Source of the DNA: Macrostomum lignano
Lineage: Eukaryota
Reading direction: 5' to 3'
Length of the DNA: 64,000 nt
NCBI GenBank assembly: GCA_002269645.1
Contig: NIVC01000245.1
Location: 310,001-374,000 of the forward strand
Made by a program: the position numbers and the translations under genes. Of the stretch, positions 51,895 to 64,000 are shown one piece after another. Every line of letters begins with the position of its first letter. Positions within the stretch are counted from its first letter, which is position 1. The notes beneath the pieces are model-generated. The model saw only the letters and a list, made by a program, of their open reading frames with translations, ran no database searches and was not told the DNA's origin.

Positions 51895-54054
51895 ATACCA
51901 ATATTGGTATTCGATTTTTTGAAGCTGATATTTTTGACAATATTAGAATTTATAAGTTTACTTTAGTAGGCTAACTTTTAAAAAAATTTTCAACTTCTTT
52001 GTTTTAGTCTAATATTCTAATAATACCAAACTTTTAAAAATAAAAAAACTAATTTTAAATGAATAAAATATTTGTATTATGGACGCATACTTTTATAAAA
52101 AATAATAATTAATAGGCCTATGTCTATAGGTCAATAAATGTCAAATAAAAAATATTTTCTTGTTTTCAAACAAGTTTTAAAAGTTAAATAACTGCTAAAA
52201 ATCTTATACTTTGTATGTTATATTTTGTTATTTAAATTAGTTAGGAATAAATAATTATCCTTGAAATTGCATTATAATGATATTAGGCATATTTATTTAT
52301 CAATTATCAATGATTAATTATCAACAATAGATCAACTAGGGGGCCTGACACTATTTTATTTAGCATTGCCACTTGCAAATAAATAGGGCCTAGTCCATTT
52401 ATCATTTGATTTTAGGCCCTACTAAGGCAGATAAACAGTCATAGATCCTTGACTCCTTTTAAATCTCCCCCTGAGCCTAAACCAATTTTTCTATATCTAG
52501 GCATATGTCTATAAGAGATTATTTCGATTCTATTCTTCTGCTCTGGCTAAACTTAAGATAAAGGCCCTAGTGGCATAATTCTAGTTTAAGTTTCTTACAT
52601 TAATTTTTTTGAGTTAAAAAATCAATTAATGACAAATTAAACAGTTAGTAATCTTTTTAATATAGGCCTAACAAATTTACATAACAAATTAAGCAAATAG
52701 CATGATTCTACATGATGACTCACCCAATCCCTAAGGCCCTAACCCCTTGGTCAGCTACCTTATTCTGCTTGTCTAGTGTGCAGCACTTCCTATGCCATAT
52801 CCACTAGGCCTATATATATTTTAATGTTGGTAAGTTTAGGTCTAATATCAGTAAAACCAATTAGCCAAAGTTATTTGTATCATTGTCCAATATTGTCATA
52901 CTCATATTTAACTTCTATAGACTGCTATAGACTAGATCTAACTTTTTTAACTTATTGAATCAGTTTTTTAACTCAAAATAATTTAATGCAGAAAAATAGG
53001 ATTATGCTGCCTTTATTAATTAAGGCAAACAATTTTCAACTTTGTTAAAATTATTGAAGAGGTTGCACTAAAGGCTTTGTGCAAGGCATAAACAAAAATG
53101 TATTATAACTGCTAACTGTATGTATAGCAAGTTCAAACTCATAGCTCATACTCTCATACATAGGCACTCATAGGCTGTCAATCTGTCAGATCATAGGCCT
53201 AGTCAAGCCCAAGGCATGCAAGAAAAATTTTATAACTGATTAATGACTTAATGAGCTTTTTTACAGTTTACAGCTACGCCATTGTCAAGCAATAGGCCTA
53301 ACCTACAAAAAGGAAAACTTTTTGGACCTTGGCTTAACTCACTTGTACTGAACAGAGCACATTATTATATTAGTCTAACAGACTCTAACTACTATACAGC
53401 TATTATCCACTCGAAGTGGATTGTATTCATTAAATCTGTTTGGGTATGAGTATAATGTGCTACCAGTTAGGGTCTAAAAAGTTTTCCCATTTACCGAAGT
53501 GGCGAAGTGGACAGTTACCGATTTGATCAGTCTGGTCTGAGTCTGAGATGCCCATATATAAAACAACTAGCAGCCGAAGACCACGCCACCTCCCCCCCCG
53601 TTCACGTATCTGTTTCGGGTGCAGCCCATTTCGGCGAAGGAATTTTCGGCGAAAGACGTTTCGGCGAAGATGAATTTTTCGTCTACATAGATGCACATTT
53701 CGGCGAAAGAAATTAACCACTTCGGCGAAAAGATACTTATACATGTACAAGTATCTTTTAAATTATTCATTGACTGCCAATGAAGATATTTGCAGCTTGC
53801 ACATTTAAAAACTCACAACTTATCTATATATAGCTAGATGTACGTACATCATGCAAAGTGCAATCGATGGATTTATAGGGGGGGGGGGGGTTGGGTTGGA
53901 GCCATGGCATGGCCTCTGTTTCATATATACCAACCAGCACATGAATTAAATGAATTTAGTCAAGTTAGAAAAATTGAGCACTGTTAAACAAAGACAATAG
54001 CACTAGAATATTTCTGCTTAGTTCTCATAAAAACTTGACTTGCGCTCTGCAACT

Positions 54055-55750
54055 ATGAATGCACCAAGCGATTTATGTCTTCTCTGTGAGAAAATCGTAA
54101 GTGCTCGTCAACACGCCATCAGTTGTGACGGATGTGGTGGATGGCAGCATCGAAAATGTCGAACAGGGATTTCGCACCAACAATATATCCAGATACGGAA
54201 AGGTACGAGCGTACGGATATGAAGTGCATATATGTGCATACATTGTCTTTTCACATACATGTATTATTCTGTATATGTATTCTGTACATGTATTACATGT
54301 ATTATGAAACCCTAGGCGAGCTACAGATAAGTTGGTGGTGCCAGCCATGTGCCAATCGAGAGCCGCCCAATCAGGAGCCGCCGCAAGCAGAGCCGCCCAA
54401 TCAGGAGCCGCCGCAAGCAGAGCCGCCCAATCAGGAGCCGCCGCAAGCAGAGCCGCCCAATCAGGAGCCGCCGCAAGCAGAGCCGCCCAATCAGGAGCCG
54501 CCGCAAGCAGAGCCGCCCAATCAGGAGCCGCCGCAAGCAGAGCCGCCCAATCAGGAGCCAACCGGCCTGATGAGCCACGAAGCATTGCTTTTGATGTGCG
54601 CCTGGATGCCATACCTGCGGATTTCCTTCGCGCTGATTTGCGAGACAATAATTGCAGACATTTAGTTTTTGCAACCGACGCTCAGTTGGCTCTTTTGGAA
54701 GATACTGAATGGTGGTATATGGATGGGACGTTCAACATCGTTCACTATCCATTTATCCAACTCTACAGCATTCATGGCTTCATTTTCGGGCCAGACGGGG
54801 CACTGAAGCAAGAGCCCTTAGTTTTCGTAATGATGTCCGGGCGCTCTCGCCAGGACTACGAAACAGTTCTCCAAGCTGTTCGAAGACTGGCACCGCGATC
54901 CAGGTAATTACTAATGTACAAGTACTGCATTATTGTATCTACTATTTTTTAAACATGTACAGTACATGTACATGGTATTATTGTCTCGATACAGGCCGCT
55001 TGGATTTGTACTGGACTTTGAGGCGGCTATGTGGAGGGCACTTGAATCCGTGTGGCCTCATGTGCAACGGCGTGGGTGCAACTTCCACTTTACCCAAGCC
55101 ATATGGCGACATGTGCAAGCCCTTGGTCTCCAGAAGGCTTACGTCGAAAATCTGCAAATTCAGGCCTTCTGCAGAAAGCTCATGGCCCTAGCATTTCTTC
55201 CAGCTGTTGAAATGCGGTGGCAGTTTGAGCAACTTCGCCAGCAGATAACACCCACCCAGCCACTCTTAAATCAGCTGTGCCAGTACTTTCAGGTACATCG
55301 ACAAATATATGAAATTATATTACAATCAAAATTGTGTAAATAAATGTACACGTTTAAGCTGATATACATTCTGCAACGACCAATTTAATTCAATATTAGG
55401 ACACGTGGTTAAACGGTACCGTCTGGAGCATCAATGAAATATCAGTTTACGACTGCACCATTCGAACCAACAATGACGTAGAAGGCTGGCATCGACGGCT
55501 CAACTACCGGGCTCAGCGAAACGGCCTTCAATTTTACGTTCTCGTCCGACTATTGCACGAGGAAGGGGCAGGGCGACTCGTCGCTGTTGATGCTCAGCTC
55601 ATGGCACAGGGACAGTTGCGACGATTTCAGCGCAAAGCACAGCGAAAGCGCGACTGCGTATTTTTAGATCTGTGGCGGGATCAGCACCGCTTGGGTCTGC
55701 GCTCAGCTGAGAGCTTGTTGGAGAAGTGTAGTCGCCTAAATGCACCCTAA
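54055..55750 (+). CDS. Spliced PHD-MULE transposase (exons 54055-54202, 54316 or 54327-54903, 54995-55292, 55400-55750)
   Basis: N-terminal CxxC...CDGCxxWQHxxC...WxCxxC finger. MULE core WYMDGTF (D), VLDFEAA (D), GCNFHF, TNNDVEGWH (E). GT-AG introns in phase; frame break after a 30-bp repeat. Confidence 0.85.
54358..54560 (+). repeat. 30-bp tandem repeat inside transposase exon 2 (about 6.5 copies)
   Basis: GAGCCGCCCAATCAGGAGCCGCCGCAAGCA units. Confidence 0.95.
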
Positions 55751-57587
55751 CTTTGTGATACACGTACAATGACAATTGATATATTTAACTTTATTTTAAA
55801 TGTCTTAGCCCAAACGACTTTTAATTTTAGTAATCAATTTTAATTGCTCAATTTGTTCTTTTAATTGTTTTTTATTTACAGACACTGATTTTTTAATTTG
55901 TTACAATTACTCCGCGTAGAACGCATAATTGCTCGCTCGCCTTTGGCCAATAATAAAAATAACCCTTCGCCGAAGTGGATCAATTTTAGACGAAATGGTC
56001 GCTGCAAAAGTCTTTTTCGCCGTTATTGACTTTCGCCGAAAATTCCTTCGCCGAAGTGGGTTGAATCCTCTGTTTCCCCATAGATATTCGTACTGATATT
56101 CAATTTCTAACAAATGCAGAAAAATAAACTAACTTTAACAGCTCAGATTTGCGTGAAAACCCCCGTTCGACGACGTGCGCGTGACCCATGACCGGATTTT
56201 CAGTTCTCGGTTCAGTTCCTCAATTTAAATTATTTCATTCCGGATTGCCTCTAAATAGTAAGTGTATAAACAAAATGAAAAATTGTGCTACAATTGCACT
56301 ATAAAAACGTTGCCAGAGCATTTAGTATAAAACTATTAATATTTTCAGATATTTTTTTCTTTTTTGACTTCTGTATCAGTCATTTTAGCGCACATATGAA
56401 ACTTATGCACGAATATGAAAGTCAAAGGCATGTTTTCGAAGTCACTTTAAAAAAGACACTAGGTAAAGCAAGTTTCCTTATACTTACACACTTCTCTTCG
56501 ATATAAAACTTTTCTAATCAATTAAGATTAAAATTTTTGATGTATCGCTTCTTTTGAAAATATGACTAAATAAGCATAAAATATAAGCACAAAAGTCATG
56601 TTTCACATGTCTTTTTGCTAAGCCAAACTGCCACTTCTATAATGATGCAACTAAATATTTTATTGTGCGTAGATAAATTTTGTCATAGTTCTTAGCTACT
56701 CTTGAGACTAAAAACAATTTACCTGGGGACTATGAAGTATTACTTGTTTCAACTAATTTTTTACTGAAATGAATAAAAATTATATAAATTTTGGTCATAA
56801 AAGTAGTGTATTTTACTTTTACATTGAAATAAAATAAATTTAATATCTCTTCAAGGCATCTCCTACATTGAATTGCTAAATAAAATATTTCTGATTCAAA
56901 TTCGATTCAGATTTTGGGATAGTGTGTGGGTTCAATGTAGTATCCATCAAACTAACTTATTTTTTATGCATTTAATATTTACTAATGTTTTAAAAGGGGA
57001 CTGGAATTACAAAATTATATAATATCTGTATAAATACAATTCATTTCTTAAAACTTTTATTTAATTAAAAGAAAAATATTGATTCGCTGCATTTCTTCTA
57101 AACTGTTAGGCAATCATCTCTATAGATTATGCAATGCCGTATTTTTTCTTTAGAGAACAAGAAAGAATACTATACACTATCTAAAGCATCACATGTAGAT
57201 AGATCAATAGATGGAGATGGATAGATAGATGATCCATTACAATGAAAAAGAAAAATAAGTAAACAACAAATTAGCGCCATTGGGAATGCTATTTAATCTG
57301 AAAATACGTTTTCTACTACTGATAATAATACATACAAGCAGAAGGAAAATCGATTGTTTAATTAATAACTGTAGTATAATGGTTGTCCTCGTAAAAGTAC
57401 GGGCGTACGAGTATATGGCCGAAGTATATTCTTCACTGTTAAACTAATCTCTTGCAAACAATCCTACGGCTTTTGGAAAGCAATTTTCTGCAACCAGTTG
57501 GAAACTGGCGCAGCTCAACGAGTACGTGGGGTAATGCTTGCCGCCTGTTGCGCATTGCAAACATTGAAAAAAATAGGCACAGGTTGC

Positions 57588-57881
57588 CAGTGGCGGATCC
57601 AGAGTTTCATTTTGGGGGGAGGGGGCGGTCCAAGTTTGGGGCGCCAACACGAGTGGAAGGGGCGCCAATTTTTAAGCTAAGGGGCGCTAAAATGCGCGTA
57701 GGGGGGCGAAAAATCAAGCTTAGGAGCGCTAAAAAGGCATCTAGGGCGAAAAATCAAGCTTAGGGGCGCAAAAAATGCGTATAGGGGGCGCAAATTTAGG
57801 TTTTTGGGGGGCGCAATATGTTCGGTCAAGCTATTTTGGGGGGGGGGGCGGCCCAGCCCCCCCCCCCTAAATCCGCCCCTG
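57588..57881. mobile_element. hAT-type MITE (CAGTGGCGGA family)
   Basis: TIR CAGTGGCGGAT / ATCCGCCCCTG; perfect 8-bp TSD CAGGTTGC; internal TAGGGGCGC(T/A)AAA repeats. Confidence 0.92.
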
Positions 57882-57939
57882 CAGGTTGCATCTGCAATAC
57901 TTAAAAGAATTTAAAAAGAAAGAGACTGCTTCGCCGTCT

Positions 57940-58235
57940 AGTCCGCCTCAGCTGATGCAGACTGTTTGCCGTCTCTGAGTCCGCCTCAGCTGATGCAGAC
58001 TGTTTGCCGTCTCAGTCCGCCTCAGCTGATGCAGAATGTTTGCCGTCTCAGTCCGCCTCAGCTGATGCAGAATGTTTGCCGTCTCAGTCCGCCTCAGCTG
58101 ATGCAGACTGTTTGCCGTCTCAGTCCGCCTCAGCTGATGCAGACTGTTTGCCGTCTCAGTCCGCCTCAGCTGATGCAGACTGTTTGCCGTCTCAGTCCGC
58201 CTCAGCTGATGCAGACTCTTTGCCGTCTCAGTCTG
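57940..58235. repeat. 36-bp tandem repeat (CAGTCCGCCTCAGCTGATGCAGACTGTTTGCCGTCT), about 8 copies
   Basis: Direct inspection; open in several frames. Confidence 0.92.
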
Positions 58236-58442
58236 ATGCGGGTTCGTTACCGTCGGAAGTAGAGACGGCTGGCGCAGCACGTTTATCACCAGAGAAGTCC
58301 AGGTCAGCCGCATCAGACTCCGCTACTGATCCGAAGATAGCCGGTCTCGCCTGAGAACAAAATGAGTGATCACTTACTGTCGCGGGCTCCTCTTCTTTGT
58401 CTTTTTACAGTCTAAAATCAGACAGGCTCTGACCAGTCTCTT

Positions 58443-58822
58443 GACTACTTACTTAGACTTAGCTGCAGGGGGCTCCGTGCGTCCGGAAACAGCGAGGAGG
58501 CTTTGCCGCCCATTTCGCTAACCCCTGGCGATCACGGGCAGCTGGTGCTGCGGTGTCGCGCAGAGAGTTCCGGTGGCGCCGGTGTCCGCAGCACGTCCCC
58601 CTCCGGAGAGTCCAGGAGGTGGATTGTCGCTCGCCTAGTAGTCCTTAGGTAGCGGCCGAGCTGGCAGAGATTCTCTGGCCTGAATACGTCGGAGAGGTCC
58701 GGGTTAATTGGGCCGAGGTAGCTGTCCTGAGTAAAGGCGAGGCACTCACAGATGAAGTGCTCCGCATTCTCGACACCGGAGAAGCAGAATGGGCATTCCT
58801 CACTGCGGATTTCCCCTGGAGG
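58443..58822 (-). mobile_element. 5'-truncated LINE 3' end
   Basis: ECPFC...[10 protein letters not shown] zinc-knuckle-like motif, [11 protein letters not shown]-terminus and a CTAAGTCTAAGTAAGTAG tail on the minus strand. Confidence 0.6.
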
Positions 58823-58828
58823 AGGAGG

Positions 58829-59040
58829 AGGACTCGAGATGCGGTGCTCCACTTGAAATCTTTTGAGTTGGCGGAATTCCCCGGCCGAGAACTGCGGACC
58901 GTTCTCACTGATGAGCTTCTCAGACACAACAAAGTTCTGGAAATGGTCTTGGAGCAACTGCACCACGGCGGTGCTGGTAGTCGAGCGCAGTCAGGTGACG
59001 CTCATCCAGTGGCTGTAGGCGTCCACGTACACCACGTACT
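58829..59040 (-). pseudogene. Gypsy-type integrase remnant
   Basis: [28 protein letters not shown]...[16 protein letters not shown]...HRISSP matches the rve core (VDAYSKW, SDNGPQF) with an in-frame stop. Confidence 0.75.
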
Positions 59041-60076
59041 ATACTTTAATTTGTGGCCTCACAATGCAACCGAGCGATTTCGCGCATGATAGAAAAAATC
59101 ATGCTGAAGATGTACATGTATGTAATCGCCCTAGTGAACCGTCTTCTGATGGGGGGAGGATCAGATCGTATGACCATATGGAGTATGGCTGTCATACCAG
59201 GCTATGACCGAGAGACCTTGAGAGTACCAGGCTGTCCCGCCCGTTATTGATGATAGCTTTGGTAGACCTACATTCGAGACCTGAGGGGAAAGGACCCTCA
59301 TTGTGCCCCATCGATAGCTAGTGCAATTGGTCATCGGGTTATTGCATGATCCACTGGCTGCTGTCACCACTCTGTGTGACCTGTGTCACCACTCTGAGGT
59401 CTACAGTATGACCAGACCTGGCGAGGCCAGAGCCCCGCCTTTGGATGGGTATCAAGTGAGCAGCATGCAGCCGAGTAATAGGACACTGCTTGAACACATA
59501 TCGGGAACCCCGGGATCATACTGAAGGGTTTTTAACAGGGGATCCTTTTAAGGCTGTGATGACATACATACGGTTCAGATTGCAAGGAGTAGTGTATACA
59601 TGTAGAGAACACGTCCATGCATGTACCAGATATACGCGTGTACATGTAGTTTGGATCGATCGATGGATTCGGGCGCCTGGCCCCTCATATAAAAGGTTGA
59701 TCCTCTTCCACGTGGAGCACCAGACCGCTGGGGTGATGAACTGCTGGCAGCGTGCGTCTGCGCTGCGGCATGTCAGATCCGCTGCTGTGATGTCAGCAGA
59801 CACAGTCAGCAGCTCCGTCTTCATGCTGACAGAGCTTGAATCTATCTCTTTCTCTGCTTTCAACAGACGAGGAAAAAAGTCGAGGTCGCCAGCGTTGTCA
59901 AACAAGCTCAGGTGCTTTTTGCCGCAGTGGCGACCTATAGAGTGTTGTTCTGCCCACAAGAAAATCATAAAAATTGTTAATGTAAAGGTTTAGTCATAGA
60001 TTGCCACTGTAAGTAGACTAGCGCACACATGCGCACAGAAACCTTGACTACGAATCATAATACTATTAGAAAATGT

Positions 60077-60430
60077 ACTCCATTTCAGCATTCGAGTTGT
60101 GCCACGAAGCTCACAGATGTTCAATTGAAAAGATATTTTTGGTGTAAAGTCTACTCAGATGTTATATTGCAAAAATGCTTTTAGTTTAATTTTAAAAAGA
60201 TTTTCCTTGCTGTAGTATGCATTTGATTTTTTTGTACAGTCACCATCCACGTCGTAAATTCAAAAGAAAATTCACTCCATTTCAGCATTCGAGTTGTGCC
60301 ACGAAGCTCACAGATGTTCAATTGAAAAGATATTTTTGGTGTAAAGTCTACTCAGATGTTATATTGCAAAAATGCTTTTAGTTTAATTTTAAAAAGATTT
60401 TCCTTGCTGTAGTATGCATTTGATTTTTTG
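60077..60430. repeat. Two direct copies of a ~157-bp segment (60077-60234, 60274-60430)
   Basis: Near-identical ACTCCATTTCAGCATTCGAG...GCATTTGATTTTTTG. Confidence 0.92.
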
Positions 60431-60690
60431 TTTATTTATTTTCGTGGAACTGAACGTGGAACTGAAAATCCGGTCATGCGTGACCCGTTATTTGAGTCCC
60501 CGATCCCAATCAAATTCGAATTTTGTACAGAATTTCTACGAAAAAGTTACAGATTATAACTAAATAGTTACGGAACTAAAAAGAAGGAAAACTTAAAGCT
60601 TTCATTAAGTGTTCTTGAAGAGTAGTCTTTAGTAGCAAAGCGTATAAAAATTAGTTAACTTATTTAAAATGCTTCGTCGCCTCCGCCAAG

Positions 60691-60865
60691 CATGCTTGGG
60701 CGCAACCTAGGGATTCACCCGGCCGTTTCTGTTGGCAACACACACATGTAAGTCGCTATTGGACGGATTAGTAGTCACGTGACTACTCTCAGCGAATAGT
60801 GACTTATATTCAGAGTGTGTTGCCAATAGAAACGGCCGGGCGAATCCCCAGGTTGCGCATGTATG
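60691..60865. mobile_element. Hairpin MITE sharing the GTTGCGCATGTATG terminus
   Basis: About 44-bp arms with 3 mismatches, inner IR TAAGTC(G/A)CTATT, central perfect palindrome AGTAGTCACGTGACTACT, CGCCAAG on both flanks. Confidence 0.85.
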
Positions 60866-61749
60866 CGCCAAGGTTACTTTAATTAAGCTGCAAATCCTAG
60901 CTCATTCGTTTGCATTTGCATTGCAATTATGCACTTGGTTCCTACTACATACATTCGCATTTGCACTTGAAATTGTAAATTTATAAGCCATGAACATCGA
61001 CTCCATATAACTTGGAGCTATAAAAACTTGTGATGTAGTATACATGTACAAGCATGCAAGGACTACTCAATAAGTAACATATATCTACTTTTAAGTTGTC
61101 CTTGCATGCATGCACATTACCCGGCCCTATAGCCGATGCAAGCTCTGCATACACGTATAAAAGTAGCCAATAGCAAGTATACAGATGGTAAAAACTAAAA
61201 TTAAGGGCCACCTGAGCAGCTTGGCGCTGTACTCTAAGCTGCGAAGGTGTGATAGAAAGACACGGCGATGTGATTAGCATTGCTTTTTAATTGCATTGAT
61301 ACTGCAAAGCGCCAGAAATTATAAAGGAGCATGTGAGACGCTGGAAGGAAAGAGGTTAGGCGCTATAGCAAAAAAAACAGGTGATGCGCTAAAAGGAAAC
61401 AGTTGAGGCGTGTCACAGTTAGGCGCTTCCCAGTCTGAGCTGAGTCGCTCCCCAGCACCCGAAAATGTTAATTACTCCTAGGAGCATAGATCGAGTTACT
61501 CCCAAACCCCAGAAAGTCACTTCCAACCTCCCGATACTTCACTCTTAATCTTCCAGAAATTCAGCACTCCCAGCACCACACACCACCCCAGAGGTCACTC
61601 CCAATTTACCGGAAAGTCACTCAGCACTCTCAAGAACTCAAGAAAGCCCAACCCCAACCTGACGCGACGAGCCCAGGTTTCAACTGACCGGCAATTAGCT
61701 AGCATGGTCTCGGGCGCCCCCCCCCCCCCGACTCGAGAGGGGGGCTTCG

Positions 61750-62323
61750 TGTTGAACAAGCAATTACTTCGAAGGCGTGGCAAACTCGGCGCAACAGTGG
61801 GAGGCTTTTGTCAATTACGCGGCTGTCAAAAAGGAGCTGACAAAAGAAGGGAGCTAGTAGGCGTCAGTTCGGGGGATGAGAATGGGTTGGGGGTTCGTTT
61901 CTCGGGTTGCCGTGCCGGTGACATTATAATGAGTGGAGCGCCTTCTGAATCTGGGCTGAGCACGTTCCCGCACTCTCCTCGCTGCCTCACTCAGTCGGAC
62001 GCTGGGAGGCTGGACTCGGGAAGATGGCGTGAGGCCGCGGTTTGGGGGTTGCGCCAAGCCGAGCCGGAAGACTCCAAGCCATGTGTTGTGTATTGCAAAG
62101 GCATGCAATGCGTAGGGATAGTTCGGGGACAGGGTTTCTAGAAACTTCCACAGCAGGACTTGTTTACGCATTGTTCCAGAAGTTTCCTCTCCCGGTCTTT
62201 CTAGAACTTTCCTTCCCCTCGTGCATAAATACACGAGCCGCCCTCATTTGGCTAAGCCCTCTTTTGGTGCCACTGAGCGCCCGGATAATTATCTATCTTG
62301 TTTCTGCGTTCGTAAATTCAACA
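61750..62323 (+). mobile_element. LTR-like segment (about 574 bp)
   Basis: Inverted termini TGTTGAA...TTCAACA, upstream purine tract GAGAGGGGGG (61735-61744), internal TATA-like CATAAATA. No matching TSD found. Confidence 0.45.
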
Positions 62324-62454
62324 ACAGAACACCCTGCTCTTTTTGCTTCCGGGTGAAAGCGATTGGGGGCAGAGCTCCAATCTGTTCTTGCATCAATTTT
62401 AATATATACATGTACCGATGTTTGGGGTGCTCAAGATGCCACACTCAATGCCCG

Positions 62455-62690
62455 GGGTTTAAATCCCACAATCACCAGAAATTCACTCCCAATTACCAGA
62501 CAGTCACTCTTAACCAACAGAGTAACTCCCAATCACCAGTTGAGACAGCCACTCCTAATTACCAGAAAGTCACTCTTTGATCACCAGTTGAGTCGAGAAA
62601 GTCACTCCCAATTACAAAAAAGTCAATCACCAGTTAAGAAAGTCACTCCCAATCACCAGAAAGTCACTCCCAATCACCATACCATGACTC
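62455..62690. repeat. Degenerate 21-bp repeat (AAAGTCACTCCCAATCACCAG); related copies at about 61430-61660
   Basis: Direct inspection. Confidence 0.75.
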
Positions 62691-62951
62691 TAAAATACCG
62701 GAAGTCGTACATGCAGATCTCGCTGCACAGCTCCACCGTCACCGCGAATGATGGCTGTTTGACTGCAGTGAGGCATATTGAAACCGGTATGTATGGAGTG
62801 GTTTTTCAGCTACGAGTACAGTGTACATGCATGGCTTTTCGTATAGATATGAGCTGTGTTGCAGATGGAGCATCAATGTCTGCCAGTCTGCCTGACTACT
62901 AATCAACTTCGTAAGGTCCCTTTTTGGAGGTGAGGTGGGTGTCAACCACCT

Positions 62952-63029
62952 CATGCCGCAGGCGACCCTCCCGACATGTATGCCGCAGGCGACCCTCCCG
63001 ACATGTATGTCGCAGGCGACCCTCCCGAA
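62952..63029. repeat. 27-bp tandem repeat x3 (ATGCCGCAGGCGACCCTCCCGACATGT)
   Basis: Direct inspection. Confidence 0.88.
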
Positions 63030-63228
63030 TTTTGTTTATTACTCGTAGCTTCGAGAACAATTGCCGTTTGTATTAGAGAAAGTGGACGCTGATTTTTGGG
63101 TCAAAAAATATTTGTGTAGCTATATTATGGTAAAAGTCCTGTTAATCAAAACAGTGTCTCATCTTTTTCAACACAACGCTCATCATTTGCTACAACTTAA
63201 AAACAAGAATTTAATGAGAAATATCAGA

Positions 63229-64000
63229 TCATTGAACAGCGGGTCACAGGCGGCAAGTCACAGAAGGGCTGCAGAGATCTATGTAGAAGAAAATTACGTG
63301 TCGCTTGCCATAGCTAAGCCGCTAAATTGTAAAACACCGCAACGAAACAGCAGCTTTTACATTACATGGGTAGGCCCAGCCTGTGCTGTAACTACCTCAA
63401 AAACTTTCAATGATATCCTAAAATAAACAAAAAATCGATTAACGCTTAGAAAAGAAAACTTTAGTACATTTAAATAACATTCATGTACGTTTACATGCAT
63501 GTGTAGCCATAGCACTCAAAAAAACACAAATATATCTACAAGGTTACAAATCTTTAAAAGTCTAATAAAAGGCGTATTATTCTACATATAAAAGTCTGCT
63601 CGTGAAAAATATGCAAGATCAATAAAATATACAACATCCAACATCGAATTTAAAATTTAAGCAAGGACTTTCATCATTGAACAGCGGGTCACGGCAAGTC
63701 ACAGAAGGGCTGCAGAGATCTACATGTAGAAAATAATGTGTCTACAGCTTCCTAGGCCTCTAAATTGTAAACTCACCGCAACAAGGCGACTCTCAAAAAC
63801 TTTTAATGCTCTTAGAATAACAAAAATCCATAAAAATGGTTGAACTGAATTCAGGAGAAAATAACAAATAACATGTACTTTTACATGTGTAGCAGTAGCA
63901 CTCAAAAAACACAAATGAATCTACGAAGTGTCATCATTAGAAGTCCAGCTACTAAATAAGAAGCGTATTATTTTACATGGGAAAGCCTGCTCAAGAAAAA
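63229..64000. repeat. Diverged ~445-bp tandem duplication (second copy runs off the window)
   Basis: ATCATTGAACAGCGGGTCAC...AGAAGGGCTGCAGAGATCTA at about 63229 and 63674, with colinear downstream similarity. Confidence 0.8.

Larger units (their letters stand above)
53617..56068 (+). mobile_element. Mutator-like (MULE) DNA transposon
   Basis: Imperfect long TIRs (GGGTGCAGCCCATTTCGGCGAAGGAATTTTCGGCGAAAG vs CTTTCGCCGAAAATTCCTTCGCCGAAGTGGGTTGAATCC) with repeated TTCGGCGAA subterminal motifs; 8-bp direct repeat TCTGTTTC on both sides. Confidence 0.9.
56188..60477. mobile_element. 4.3-kb non-autonomous TIR element with nested insertions
   Basis: 32-bp TIRs (ATGACCGGATTTTCAGTTC...TTCAGTTCC, 29/32 matching) at 56188-56219 and 60446-60477; 9-bp direct repeat GCGTGACCC at 56179-56187 and 60478-60486. 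Confidence 0.82.

Overview
Eukaryotic (invertebrate, bilaterian-type) genomic DNA. The style suggests a lophotrochozoan, possibly a Macrostomum-like flatworm, but that is a guess. About 1-37.7 kb (+ strand) is a canonical ankyrin gene of the unc-44/Drosophila Ank2 type whose 5' end lies outside the window. It can be threaded exon by exon with consistent GT-AG phases: ANK repeats, Q-rich linker micro-exons, ZU5N-ZU5C-UPA, death domain, small phase-1 cassette exons, a 13.8-kb giant exon (about 4,600 codons) and several alternative last exons. The giant exon is hierarchically built: about 200 copies of a 9-aa acidic unit are cut into blocks by six near-identical ~75-aa spacers, followed by three further acidic arrays. 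A TETQVLAVQL-like motif recurs about 10 times, and a non-repetitive tail carries several LIR-like motifs. An intron holds an apparently full-length non-LTR retrotransposon (14-bp TSD, (CA)n tail) encoding a virus-like 2A peptide, a PHD finger, APE, RT and a CCHC knuckle. Downstream are a small minus-strand gene for an acidic protein (44.5-47.4 kb), hAT-type MITEs, an intron-containing PHD-MULE transposon, a 4.3-kb TIR element with nested TE debris, an LTR-like segment and many micro/minisatellites. Four reading-frame breaks are all consistent with a single missing base, so assembly error must be excluded before treating them as biology.
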